Source: Colwellia sp. MB02u-6
GTDB lineage: Bacteria > Pseudomonadota > Gammaproteobacteria > Enterobacterales > Alteromonadaceae
Length of the DNA stretch: 24,000 nt
Assembly: GCF_014077095.1 (NCBI RefSeq)
Contig: NZ_JACGVG010000029.1
Span: 103,625-127,624, forward strand
Direction of reading: 5' to 3'
A model generated the notes under the pieces. That model did not search any database and was not told where the DNA came from. It worked only from the letters and a program-made list of their open reading frames with translations. Made by a program: the position numbers and the translations under genes. Below, in pieces: positions 16,657 to 24,000 of the stretch; position 1 is the stretch's first letter; each line of letters starts with the position of its first letter.

Positions 16657-16990
16657 CAAAAAATTAAACATGGGTCTGTAATGGTTTGCTACAACCTGTC
16701 GTACTAGACAATTTTAGCGAATTATTACTCAGCCCATTTTTTGTTATAAGGCATGTGATTTTGTACTGGTTTGGTATGAAAAATTAGACATTCCACTTAG
16801 CCCATAAAATATATAAATCTTCTTTAGTAAAAAAAATGAATTTCGATTGGCTATAAGTATGTATTTTTAACTATTCCTTTTTTAAGTAATCATCCAAATT
16901 AACTTTCTCATCTAGCCAGTCTAGATATGTACACAGATAAGTTATGAAACGAAAGACCTAACCGCCTCATTACTTCTTGTCACAATATCA

Positions 16991-17036
16991 TCACTATATG
17001 CGAATAAACCGCTACTTTAACGAGTCACGGTCTTTT
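16991..17036 (+). repeat. possible sixth, heavily decayed copy of the module
   Basis: CACTATATGCGAATAAACCGCTACTTTAACGAGTCACGGTCTTTT versus CAAACTATAAAAAACCGCTACTCGAAAGATTAGCGGTTTTT. AAACCGCTACT is shared exactly with units 2 and 3. The match is weak overall. Confidence 0.3.
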
Positions 17037-17176
17037 ATGTTTATTATTTGTAAAATACAGCCTTAAGCTTGGTAGAGCTATAGTGTCTAGTAGCCTTAAA
17101 TCTGCTTAATAGCTGAAATATTGTTAAGTTAGATAGCTAATATCGAATATTAAATGCTTATTTAATAATAAAGAAC

Positions 17177-17664
17177 TTGCCAATACACTATGATCATCAA
17201 CTAGTGATATTCTCAATAATACTCGCTCACAAAGTGAGTTCTGCATTAGCAGAAGGGTTTGCCCCGAGGATGTTTACTATAGCTGAGTTGTTAGCAGATA
17301 TTCATCAGGAATTATTAGCCACGTGCATCGACAAACAGCAGTATACTCTGACGGGTTTGTTTATCCTTTATCATGACATATTGTCGCGTTTACCTGATTT
17401 GTAAATACTGATCATACTGATTGTTTACAGTGCTATGGCAATAACACCGTTGATTTTTTTCATTGTTTAAAGTGGCCTTGATCGCCATTATACCTAATTT
17501 AATTACCACCTCAGTGATTATGGGTATATTAGATATTTTTCGATTCCATTAGATTTAATGACTATTACCATTGCTGCCGTTGCTATGGGTATTTCAATGG
17601 ACAATACCATTACTACATTCATCGATATTTAGCTAAAGACAAGGTTAAGCAAGCCCTAACATAA
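17177..17664 (+). pseudogene. relic of an RND/MMPL-superfamily transporter gene (internal fragment with multiple frameshifts)
   Basis: Reading across three frames gives ...QYTLTGLFILYHDI..., ...FKVALIAIIPNLITTSVIMGILDIFRF / PLDLMTITIAAVAMGISMDNTI / YIHRYLAKDKVKQALT. This resembles the conserved TM segment of RND/MMPL exporters (PN..., PL...T......G...D..IH). Frame changes occur near 17546 and 17612, and both ends are truncated. Confidence 0.45.
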
Positions 17665-17987
17665 GAGCACTGTATTTTAATGCCGTGTTTTATTGCTTTT
17701 GTTAGCTGATTCATAACCCTGTTAAAGGTATTAAGGTCAGTTGTTATTAGGTTGTTAGCTTTAATCTCTGTTTTACCCCAATAGTTTATGGTAGCTAAAT
17801 GACTATCAATTTGAGTGTGTTGCTCATATTTAGTCCACTTTTATAAAGTTATTACTCACTTGAGTTGTTTTATCTGCGAACAACAAGCTCACAAACATAA
17901 TGTAAATGATATAATCTCGCGTATAAAGTGTCATGTTGTGACATTACTCAATTAAAAAATGCCCTAGTCACCTGGAAAATATAAATC

Positions 17988-19802
17988 ATGCGCGTCACCG
18001 TATCTCAGTTTGCCACCGCTTTAAATGTTCAAGAAAACCTAGCAAGCTGTGTTCGCATGATAAATCAGGCGGCGGTTTGCCAGCCATCGTTAATCGTTTT
18101 GCCTGAATTTTGTAATACTCAGTCTTCGTACGTCGACCATAACCAAGCTTGGCATCAAGCTTTAGCACTTGATGGTGGTTTTTTACAAGAGATAGCACAG
18201 CAAGCAAAAAAGCATCACTGTTATATTATGCTTAACGTAACACTACGCCAAGACCTAACACGCGATCACCAAAATCCGGCGATTAAATCAAATATTAGTA
18301 TTAGCTCTTGTTTATTTTCACCGCTCGGAGAGCTTATTCATCAAGCGGATAAACAGGCGCTGACAGCCCAAGAAAATGATTTTTTTATTAGCACCAGTAA
18401 AGTTTCTGACATTGTAACAACCCCTTTTGGACAACTTGGGCTTTTAGCTGGTAGTGATGGTATTATTTTTGAACCATCGCGTAGGCTTGCCTTAGGCGGG
18501 GGGCAATTATTATGCAACTCGCAGAGTTCATTTGCATTAGATCAAAGCCATTTACATGACTTTGCTCGAGCAGGTGAAAATAATATTTTTGTCGCAACAG
18601 CGAATAAAATTGGTTCGCTCAGGCAGCAAGAGCCTGCACAAGAACGTTTACAAGAGCAAACACCAGCAGAAAGTGACTGTTTTTCAAGTCAAAGTTCAAG
18701 GGCTGAAAAGCACCCGATGGGCGTTGGCCATAGCCAAATAGTTTCTCCCAATGGCAAGGTGTTAGCAAAGCTAGATCATAATGAAGAAGGGTTTGTTTTT
18801 GCTGATATCGACTTAGCTGGGGTAGGGTTGAGCAAAAAATTGCGTCCTGATGGGACTAAGCTTATAAAACAACGACGTCCTGAACTTTATCAACAGCAAA
18901 AACTAGCCCTGCAACAAGCAACTAAAACAACACTCAATTATACCGTACCAGAAACCGCCAATGTCGCGATATTTGCCACCTATAAGTCTAACGAGCAAGC
19001 TATTGAAGATGTTTGTCATTACATTGAAAACAACCTTAGTGACATTATTCAACTACCCGAATTATTTTTTATCGCAGATAAAGCAATCACTAATAACACT
19101 GAGCAACTCGCTCAAGTGGCCTGTTTGTGTACTGGGCTCATTAAAAAAATCAGTGCCGTGTTAAGACCTTTTCAATATGTGTGCACGAGTTTAGTTATTG
19201 ATGGAACGCATCATGCTGTGCTAATAAACGAACAGGGGGTATTTGCAAAACAACAACAATTACATTTTTGTCAAAGATATCAATGGACTGCGCTAGGGGG
19301 GGAGCTGGAGATTATAGAGCTGCCGTTAGAGCAAGGCGTGATCAAGGTTGCTATGCTAACGGGTGATGACGCCAATATACCAGAAATGGTTAAGCAGGCA
19401 GCTTTAAACAATATTCAGGTGTTACTCGTCCCGTTCGATATTCAAGAAGCAAATGAGGTTGAATTTAGCTTATTATCTTACGCCGCAGAATATAAAATTT
19501 GCATCGTTGCGGCCAGTCGCGAGAAAAGCTTTGCCGAATCTGCTCCTATCGATACTTCTGCTGATGCTTCTGGTAAGAACCGTGATGTAGCTAAGGGTAG
19601 TAGTTCAAACAACAAAAAAGTAAAACAAAAAAAATCTACAGGATTAATTGCTAATGTACCCGCAGTGTCAGCCTTATTAAATCCCTGGCAGTCAGATAAA
19701 TTTAATGGCTATATCAACAAACCTTTGGTTAAGTATCAGCATGGTAAAATCACCAAAGCCGTTATTCATCCATTACTTAGGTTAAAAAATAAAATTGACT
19801 AA
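17988..19802 (+). CDS. tandem carbon-nitrogen hydrolase (nitrilase-superfamily)-like protein, probable pseudoenzyme
   Basis: 604 aa. The first half has CN-hydrolase landmarks (IVLPEF Glu, ADKQAL Lys, GLLAGSDGIIFEPSR at the Cys-loop position, RAGENNIFV, GHSQIVSPNGKVLA). The second half repeats the pattern (IIQLPELF, VAMLTGDDANIPE, LVPF, AAEYKICIVAAS). A Q/E/S-rich linker separates the halves, and the C-terminal tail is K-rich. Confidence 0.7.
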   Translation: MRVTVSQFATALNVQENLASCVRMINQAAVCQPSLIVLPEFCNTQSSYVDHNQAWHQALALDGGFLQEIAQQAKKHHCYIMLNVTLRQDLTRDHQNPAIKSNISISSCLFSPLGELIHQADKQALTAQENDFFISTSKVSDIVTTPFGQLGLLAGSDGIIFEPSRRLALGGGQLLCNSQSSFALDQSHLHDFARAGENNIFVATANKIGSLRQQEPAQERLQEQTPAESDCFSSQSSRAEKHPMGVGHSQIVSPNGKVLAKLDHNEEGFVFADIDLAGVGLSKKLRPDGTKLIKQRRPELYQQQKLALQQATKTTLNYTVPETANVAIFATYKSNEQAIEDVCHYIENNLSDIIQLPELFFIADKAITNNTEQLAQVACLCTGLIKKISAVLRPFQYVCTSLVIDGTHHAVLINEQGVFAKQQQLHFCQRYQWTALGGELEIIELPLEQGVIKVAMLTGDDANIPEMVKQAALNNIQVLLVPFDIQEANEVEFSLLSYAAEYKICIVAASREKSFAESAPIDTSADASGKNRDVAKGSSSNNKKVKQKKSTGLIANVPAVSALLNPWQSDKFNGYINKPLVKYQHGKITKAVIHPLLRLKNKID

Positions 19803-19936
19803 AACAGCAATTTATATTGTTAAAAAATAAAAATAAAAAATTAGTTTAGTTAGCGTATTATGAAGTCATTAATATGAGTAAAAACGAGTAATTATATTTG
19901 CTCGCTATCTCGTTAAAAAATATTGGAGAACGTAAA

Positions 19937-20134
19937 TTGAATGAATTAACTAAGCAGTCAATAGGGTGTCCTTATTGTGGTGAGACCATTAAAGTGCTCA
20001 TCGACTCATCTGATATGGAACAGCAATACATTGAAGATTGCCAAGTATGTTGTAAGCCCATAAATTTTTTGGTAACTAGCAGTATGGACGGTGATCTTAG
20101 CGTTCGTGTCTATAGCGAAGATGAAGCGTTTTAA
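19937..20134 (+). CDS. CPXCG-motif cysteine-rich zinc-ribbon miniprotein
   Basis: Start is placed at in-frame TTG 19937, 8 nt after GGAG (19925-19928); TTG 19898 is the alternative. CPYCGE...17 aa...CQVCCKP matches the small CPXCG-motif protein family (YIEDCQVCC). Confidence 0.7.
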   Translation: MNELTKQSIGCPYCGETIKVLIDSSDMEQQYIEDCQVCCKPINFLVTSSMDGDLSVRVYSEDEAF

Positions 20135-20155
20135 TTAAGATAGAAAACCTAGAAA

Positions 20156-20181
20156 GGTGAGGCTAATCTCCACCGTTTTTT
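20156..20181 (+). terminator. rho-independent terminator after the CPXCG gene
   Basis: GGTGAGG-CTAA-TCTCCACC (one bulged C) followed by GTTTTTT, 22 bp after the stop. Confidence 0.55.
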
Positions 20182-20460
20182 AGCTATTGATAAGCTTTTA
20201 TACCAATAGCTTATTAAATTTACATTATACATAGCAGTGCTTTTTTGGTTTAAGTTCTGGTTTAAATTTGGCTTTAGGTTATGGTCTGATTTTTGCTTCA
20301 GTTACGCTATTATCCTCATTGTAAAATCACTTTTTACATATTCTTCGCGTTTATAAAGTTTGTTAGCTAAGCTAACACGTCGGTATCGCATACTTACTTG
20401 TAGCTTTACCAAGGTATTAATAACTTGCTCGGAAATAGGGTAAAACCCTTTACGTTTATA

Positions 20461-21360
20461 CTATAGTTTCGCTGCTTTTTTTGCAGGCAAGTGCACAAAA
20501 TAGTATCTACCGAGTATCACCGTTAAAATACCACCAAGTACCAATATTGATGACTCAATTAAGCGCAGGGTGATTAATTCACGGGTAAATATAACTCCAC
20601 CCATAGCCGCAATTATTGGCACCAACAACTGAACAGCTGCGGCTTGAGTCACTGACAGTGTTGTCAGTGCGATATACCAGACAAAATATCCGATGCCAGA
20701 GGCAATAGCGCCAGACAATACCGCGAGCAAAAATCCTGTCGAAGTGATGTATGCGTTATTAAAGCCAAAAATTATCAGGGCCAAAACAAAAGGTGAGGTT
20801 TTAAGGAAGTTATGAGCGGTATCGCTAAGCGCATTTTTAGATTGTCGTCCTAACAAGGTATAGAAGGCCCAAGCCATACCTGACATGCTCATCAGCATGA
20901 AACCCATCAATGATGGCGTGGTCAAACTAGGAATAACTAAATAGGCAAAGCCGCCAAAGGCAATACTTAAGCCTAACCATTCTGACAAATGCAACTTATT
21001 ACCTGAAATTACGCTGGTAATAATCATGGTTATTTGTACTGCACCAAATAAAATAAGTGCTCCGCTGCCGGTATCTAATGAAATATAACCATAGGAAAAA
21101 CTTACCGCGTAAATAAATAACATACTGGCGGCTAACCAACTTCCCTTCGACTTACTCTCTATTATTTCTGGCTTTGCTTTACTTGTTACCTTGATTAACG
21201 CTAACAATATAATAATAGCCGAAACCAGTCTTACAACCGTAAAGCTTGTGGCATCAATGGTGTTTTCGCCCAAGGCTAACCGACATAGCACTGAATTAGC
21301 GGCAAAGGCTAAAAGAGCGAAAACGGTACTGACAATCATTTTTACAGGCTTTGTATTCAA
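20461..21360 (-). CDS. EamA/DMT-superfamily transporter
   Basis: 299 aa with ~10 hydrophobic helices arranged as two similar halves. Size and pattern are typical of EamA-domain permeases. Confidence 0.8.
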   Translation of the reverse strand: MNTKPVKMIVSTVFALLAFAANSVLCRLALGENTIDATSFTVVRLVSAIIILLALIKVTSKAKPEIIESKSKGSWLAASMLFIYAVSFSYGYISLDTGSGALILFGAVQITMIITSVISGNKLHLSEWLGLSIAFGGFAYLVIPSLTTPSLMGFMLMSMSGMAWAFYTLLGRQSKNALSDTAHNFLKTSPFVLALIIFGFNNAYITSTGFLLAVLSGAIASGIGYFVWYIALTTLSVTQAAAVQLLVPIIAAMGGVIFTRELITLRLIESSILVLGGILTVILGRYYFVHLPAKKAAKL

Positions 21361-21484
21361 GAAAATACCTTTTCAGCAAGTAATGCCATATTACCAGTAG
21401 ATAAAATATGGCTTGTTACACCAATGCGGATCAGTACTTTATCACTCTTGTAAGCTAAGATTAACCATAGCTACAATTAATTAA

Positions 21485-21523
21485 CTTATATTAGTGATTT
21501 CTAATATAGTCTGTACTAATATA
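21485..21523. promoter_or_regulatory. operator-like inverted repeats in the eamA / MBL-hydrolase divergent intergenic region
   Basis: TTATATTAG (21485-21493) has its exact reverse complement CTAATATAA at 21515-21523. An 8/9 copy, CTAATATAG, lies at 21500-21508, so the two right half-sites are 15 bp apart. The element is centred between the two divergent start codons. Confidence 0.35.
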
Positions 21524-21654
21524 ATGGCGAGGTAGCTGATGTCACCGCTAATAAAATTGACAGTATTAAATCTAGATAGTAGCTGTCTTGTTGATTTCGT
21601 TCTCACTTTTATTTGAACGTCTAAAACCTAAATACGCATTCAATAGAGATTAAA

Positions 21655-22524
21655 ATGACTGATTTAACCATAAAGTGTTTTTTTGATGAAACAACGAATA
21701 CGGCAACTTACCTAGTAGCAGATAGTGTTGAAAAGCAATGTGTAATTATTGATTCGGTATTAGGTTTTGATATGTCATCAGGCGCGACATCAACGGCGTT
21801 AGCGGATGAAATTATTGATTTTGTCACAGCAAAAAAATGGCAGTGCTTGTGGATTTTAGAAACACATGCCCATGCAGACCACCTAACAGCTGCGCCATAC
21901 CTGCAAAAAAAATTAGCTGGTAAAATCGCCATTGGTAAGCATATTGTGGATGTACAAAAAATATTCAAGCCTATTTTTAATTTTGAAGTTGAATTTTTCA
22001 CTGACGGACAACAGTTTGATCAACTTCTTCATGAGGGTAATCTACTTGAATTAGGCCGTTTCACCATTAGGGTATTACATACCCCTGGACACACACCAGC
22101 TTGTGTAAGTTACCTTATTGATAACAACGTTTTTGTTGGCGATACCTTATTTATGCCTGACTATGGCACCGCTCGGTGTGATTTCCCCGGTGGTGATGCT
22201 GAAACTTTATATCACTCCATTCAAAAAATATTTTCGCTGCCCGACAATACCTGTATTTTCATTGGACATGACTATAAAGCGGAAGGCAGAGACAACTATG
22301 TTTGGCAAACTAGTGTCGCTGAGCAAAAGTTGAAAAATATCCATATTAATAGCCATGTTTCAGCGCAAGAATATGTCGCTTTTAGAAATAAAAGAGATTT
22401 GACCTTGGCTATGCCAAAACTTATTTTACCTTCGGTGCAAATCAATATTCGAGCAGGGCATTTTCCAAAAGCGGCAGATAATGGCTTGCAGTATTTAACG
22501 CTACCTATAAATGCCTTTAAGTAA
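21655..22524 (+). CDS. MBL-fold metallo-hydrolase, persulfide dioxygenase (ETHE1/Blh type II)-like
   Basis: 289 aa. The THAHADH metal-binding motif, HTPGHTP, GDTLFMPDYGTARCDFPGGDA and GHDY fit the ~290-aa bacterial ETHE1-like dioxygenase layout as I recall it. It is followed by a TauE/SafE relic, a common partner. Confidence 0.75.
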   Translation: MTDLTIKCFFDETTNTATYLVADSVEKQCVIIDSVLGFDMSSGATSTALADEIIDFVTAKKWQCLWILETHAHADHLTAAPYLQKKLAGKIAIGKHIVDVQKIFKPIFNFEVEFFTDGQQFDQLLHEGNLLELGRFTIRVLHTPGHTPACVSYLIDNNVFVGDTLFMPDYGTARCDFPGGDAETLYHSIQKIFSLPDNTCIFIGHDYKAEGRDNYVWQTSVAEQKLKNIHINSHVSAQEYVAFRNKRDLTLAMPKLILPSVQINIRAGHFPKAADNGLQYLTLPINAFK

Positions 22525-22530
22525 TTAACC

Positions 22531-22861
22531 ATGATCGAACTTGTGCTTATTATTCTTGTTGCGATACTTATTGGTCTGAGCTTAGGTTTATTAGGCTCAG
22601 GTGGTTCGATATTGACTGTGCCTGCGTTGACTTATATTTTGGCTAAGATGAAAAACCGCTATTGTAACCTTACTGGTCATTGCAGGCCTAATTGCGTTTT
22701 CTGGGGCATTAAAATACCAACAAAATAAAATGCTCCATTGGCCTGTTTTGTTGCAGTGTGCTTTGACAAGTATGTTATTTAGCTACCCCAGACAACAGCT
22801 TTACTTGTTAATGCTAATGAAACCCTCCTTATGCAAGATATTCAGCAAGTGTGATCTTTAG
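22531..22861 (+). pseudogene. TauE/SafE-family sulfite/anion exporter relic (frameshifted and 3'-truncated)
   Basis: The N-terminus [38 protein letters not shown] is typical of TauE/SafE. The frame breaks near 22650-22665 and continues in another frame ([32 protein letters not shown]...). Only ~100 of the expected ~250 codons remain. Confidence 0.6.
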
Positions 22862-22862
22862 T

Positions 22863-23161
22863 AAAAGCAATGCACCTTATGCTTGGGAGGTACTATTTTA
22901 CGCCAGTTTTAAATTCGCAAAGCGGTAAGAGAAGATATAAACCCCATGGAATATTCTGAGGTAGTGCAAGTAGCTGATAAAACTGTGTTGCGTGATATGA
23001 AGGCAATACCTATGGGTGGCTTATGTCTAGCATGCCATGGCAGCAAGTTAGCTGATGACGTAAGTAATAAAGTTAACGAGTTATATCCAAACGATCAAGC
23101 CACAGGTTTCAAGTTGGGTGATATTCGTGGCGCATTTACCTTACCGAAAATAAAGCTTTAG
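22863..23161 (+). pseudogene. DUF3365 (Tll0287-like, heme-binding CxxCH) protein relic, 5'-truncated
   Basis: The 71-aa ORF (22946-23161) holds the family C-terminus (GGLCLACHG, YPNDQATGFKLGDIRGAFTL). Upstream codons in other frames read KSNAPYAWE / TILRQF-stop-IRKAVREDINP, i.e. one frameshift and one nonsense codon. The N-terminal half is absent. Confidence 0.5.
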
Positions 23162-23379
23162 GAATTTTTACCCTAGTAGTTTGATAAACCAGTAAGATAA
23201 AACGTGGGATAATTTAATTTGCTGGTTTTTAAGTTAATAATTTTAAGAAACGATAGGGTATAATTATTTATCATCTTTTTCTTAGAGTTAATATTATCCA
23301 CCAAGCAGATAAAAAAGCAATAAATCAGCAACTTTCCTCTGACGCTGTATCTATCTCAGAAACAAATACCAAACTTAAA

Positions 23380-24000
23380 GTGGCTACTTTTAATTTGTTC
23401 AATTACCTTGAACCCCCTAATGCTTTTTATGATTTTGAGCGAATTTATAGTGCAGAGCAATGGCAAAAAAAGCAAAAGTGGGTGGCTGATTATTTGGCTG
23501 AACATCAGCCCGATATTATTGGCTTTCAGGAGGTTTTTAGTACAGAGTCGTTAAAAGCATTAGTTACTGGGCAGGGTTATGCTTATTTTGCCGTGGTTGA
23601 TCAACCGCGGGTCATTGATGATTTTATTTACCAACGTCCTGTTGTCGCCATAGCTTCACGTTATCCTATTGTTGAGGTAAATGCGGTAAAACCAAACACT
23701 GAACTTGCCGAAAGTTTAGGTTTAGCTAACGACTTTTCTTTTAGTCGTAAAGTCATCAGAGCAACGATTGAAGTACCTCATATGGGTCACTGTGATTGTT
23801 ATGTGGTGCACTTTAAATCTAAACGTTCAATGCTTGAAGTTGATGAGCAAGATAAAAAACGCTCAGCAGAAAAAACCATTATTGAGAGCCTAAAAGCACA
23901 AGTAGCGGGCGGTTGGGGCTCCACTATACAACGTGGTAGCGAAGCAACCTTATTAATGATTGATATGATTGAACGGCGAGAGGCAACTGATCACCCTATG
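23380..24000 (+). CDS. endonuclease/exonuclease/phosphatase (EEP)-family protein, 3'-partial
   Basis: The frame is open from 23257 to the window edge and is absent from the track because it has no stop. VATFNLFNY..., IIGFQEVF and later motifs fit the EEP fold. No in-frame ATG exists, so GTG 23380 is the most plausible start, but this is uncertain. Confidence 0.65.
   Translation, partial: MATFNLFNYLEPPNAFYDFERIYSAEQWQKKQKWVADYLAEHQPDIIGFQEVFSTESLKALVTGQGYAYFAVVDQPRVIDDFIYQRPVVAIASRYPIVEVNAVKPNTELAESLGLANDFSFSRKVIRATIEVPHMGHCDCYVVHFKSKRSMLEVDEQDKKRSAEKTIIESLKAQVAGGWGSTIQRGSEATLLMIDMIERREATDHPM

Overview
This is an AT-rich segment that looks like gammaproteobacterial chromosome; a marine Alteromonadales-type host is only a guess from gene content. 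All calls were made by eye from the sequence and ORF track, with no database searches.

Gene order, left to right:
- An 890-aa M14 zinc carboxypeptidase with FN3-like domains (+).
- A MATE efflux pump (-).
- tRNA-Ser(UGA) with a stringent-type promoter, followed by three tandem 126-bp units. Each unit is a terminator hairpin plus a pseudo 3' half of the same tRNA.
- A dead IS256-family element.
- An ~830-bp AT-rich ORF-free leader, then a co-linear curli operon csgB-csgA-csgE-csgF-csgG. There is no csgD or csgC, and CsgA is expanded to 414 aa.
- The SF2 helicase radD (-).
- A ~1-kb ORF-poor spacer.
- A DUF3047-like secreted protein, a beta-carbonic anhydrase and a GGCT/AIG2-like protein.
- A 1.3-kb decayed spacer with RND/MMPL transporter relics.
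- A 604-aa tandem carbon-nitrogen-hydrolase-like protein that appears to lack the catalytic Cys in both halves, followed by a CPXCG zinc-ribbon miniprotein.
- An EamA/DMT transporter (-).
- An MBL-fold, persulfide-dioxygenase-like hydrolase.
- A frameshifted TauE/SafE relic fused to a DUF3365 relic.
- A 3'-partial endonuclease/exonuclease/phosphatase-family gene.

I found no CRISPR array, rRNA, integrase or recognisable defence system.

The most unusual structure is the tRNA-Ser-derived module (terminator plus tRNA 3' end). It is tandemly triplicated next to the tRNA. Progressively more decayed copies reappear at ~11.1 kb, ~13.7 kb and possibly ~17.0 kb, bracketing gene cassettes. The first cassette holds the IS relic and the whole curli operon. 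Gene decay is also unusually dense: IS256, RND, TauE and DUF3365 relics, and possibly a truncated DUF3047 gene.
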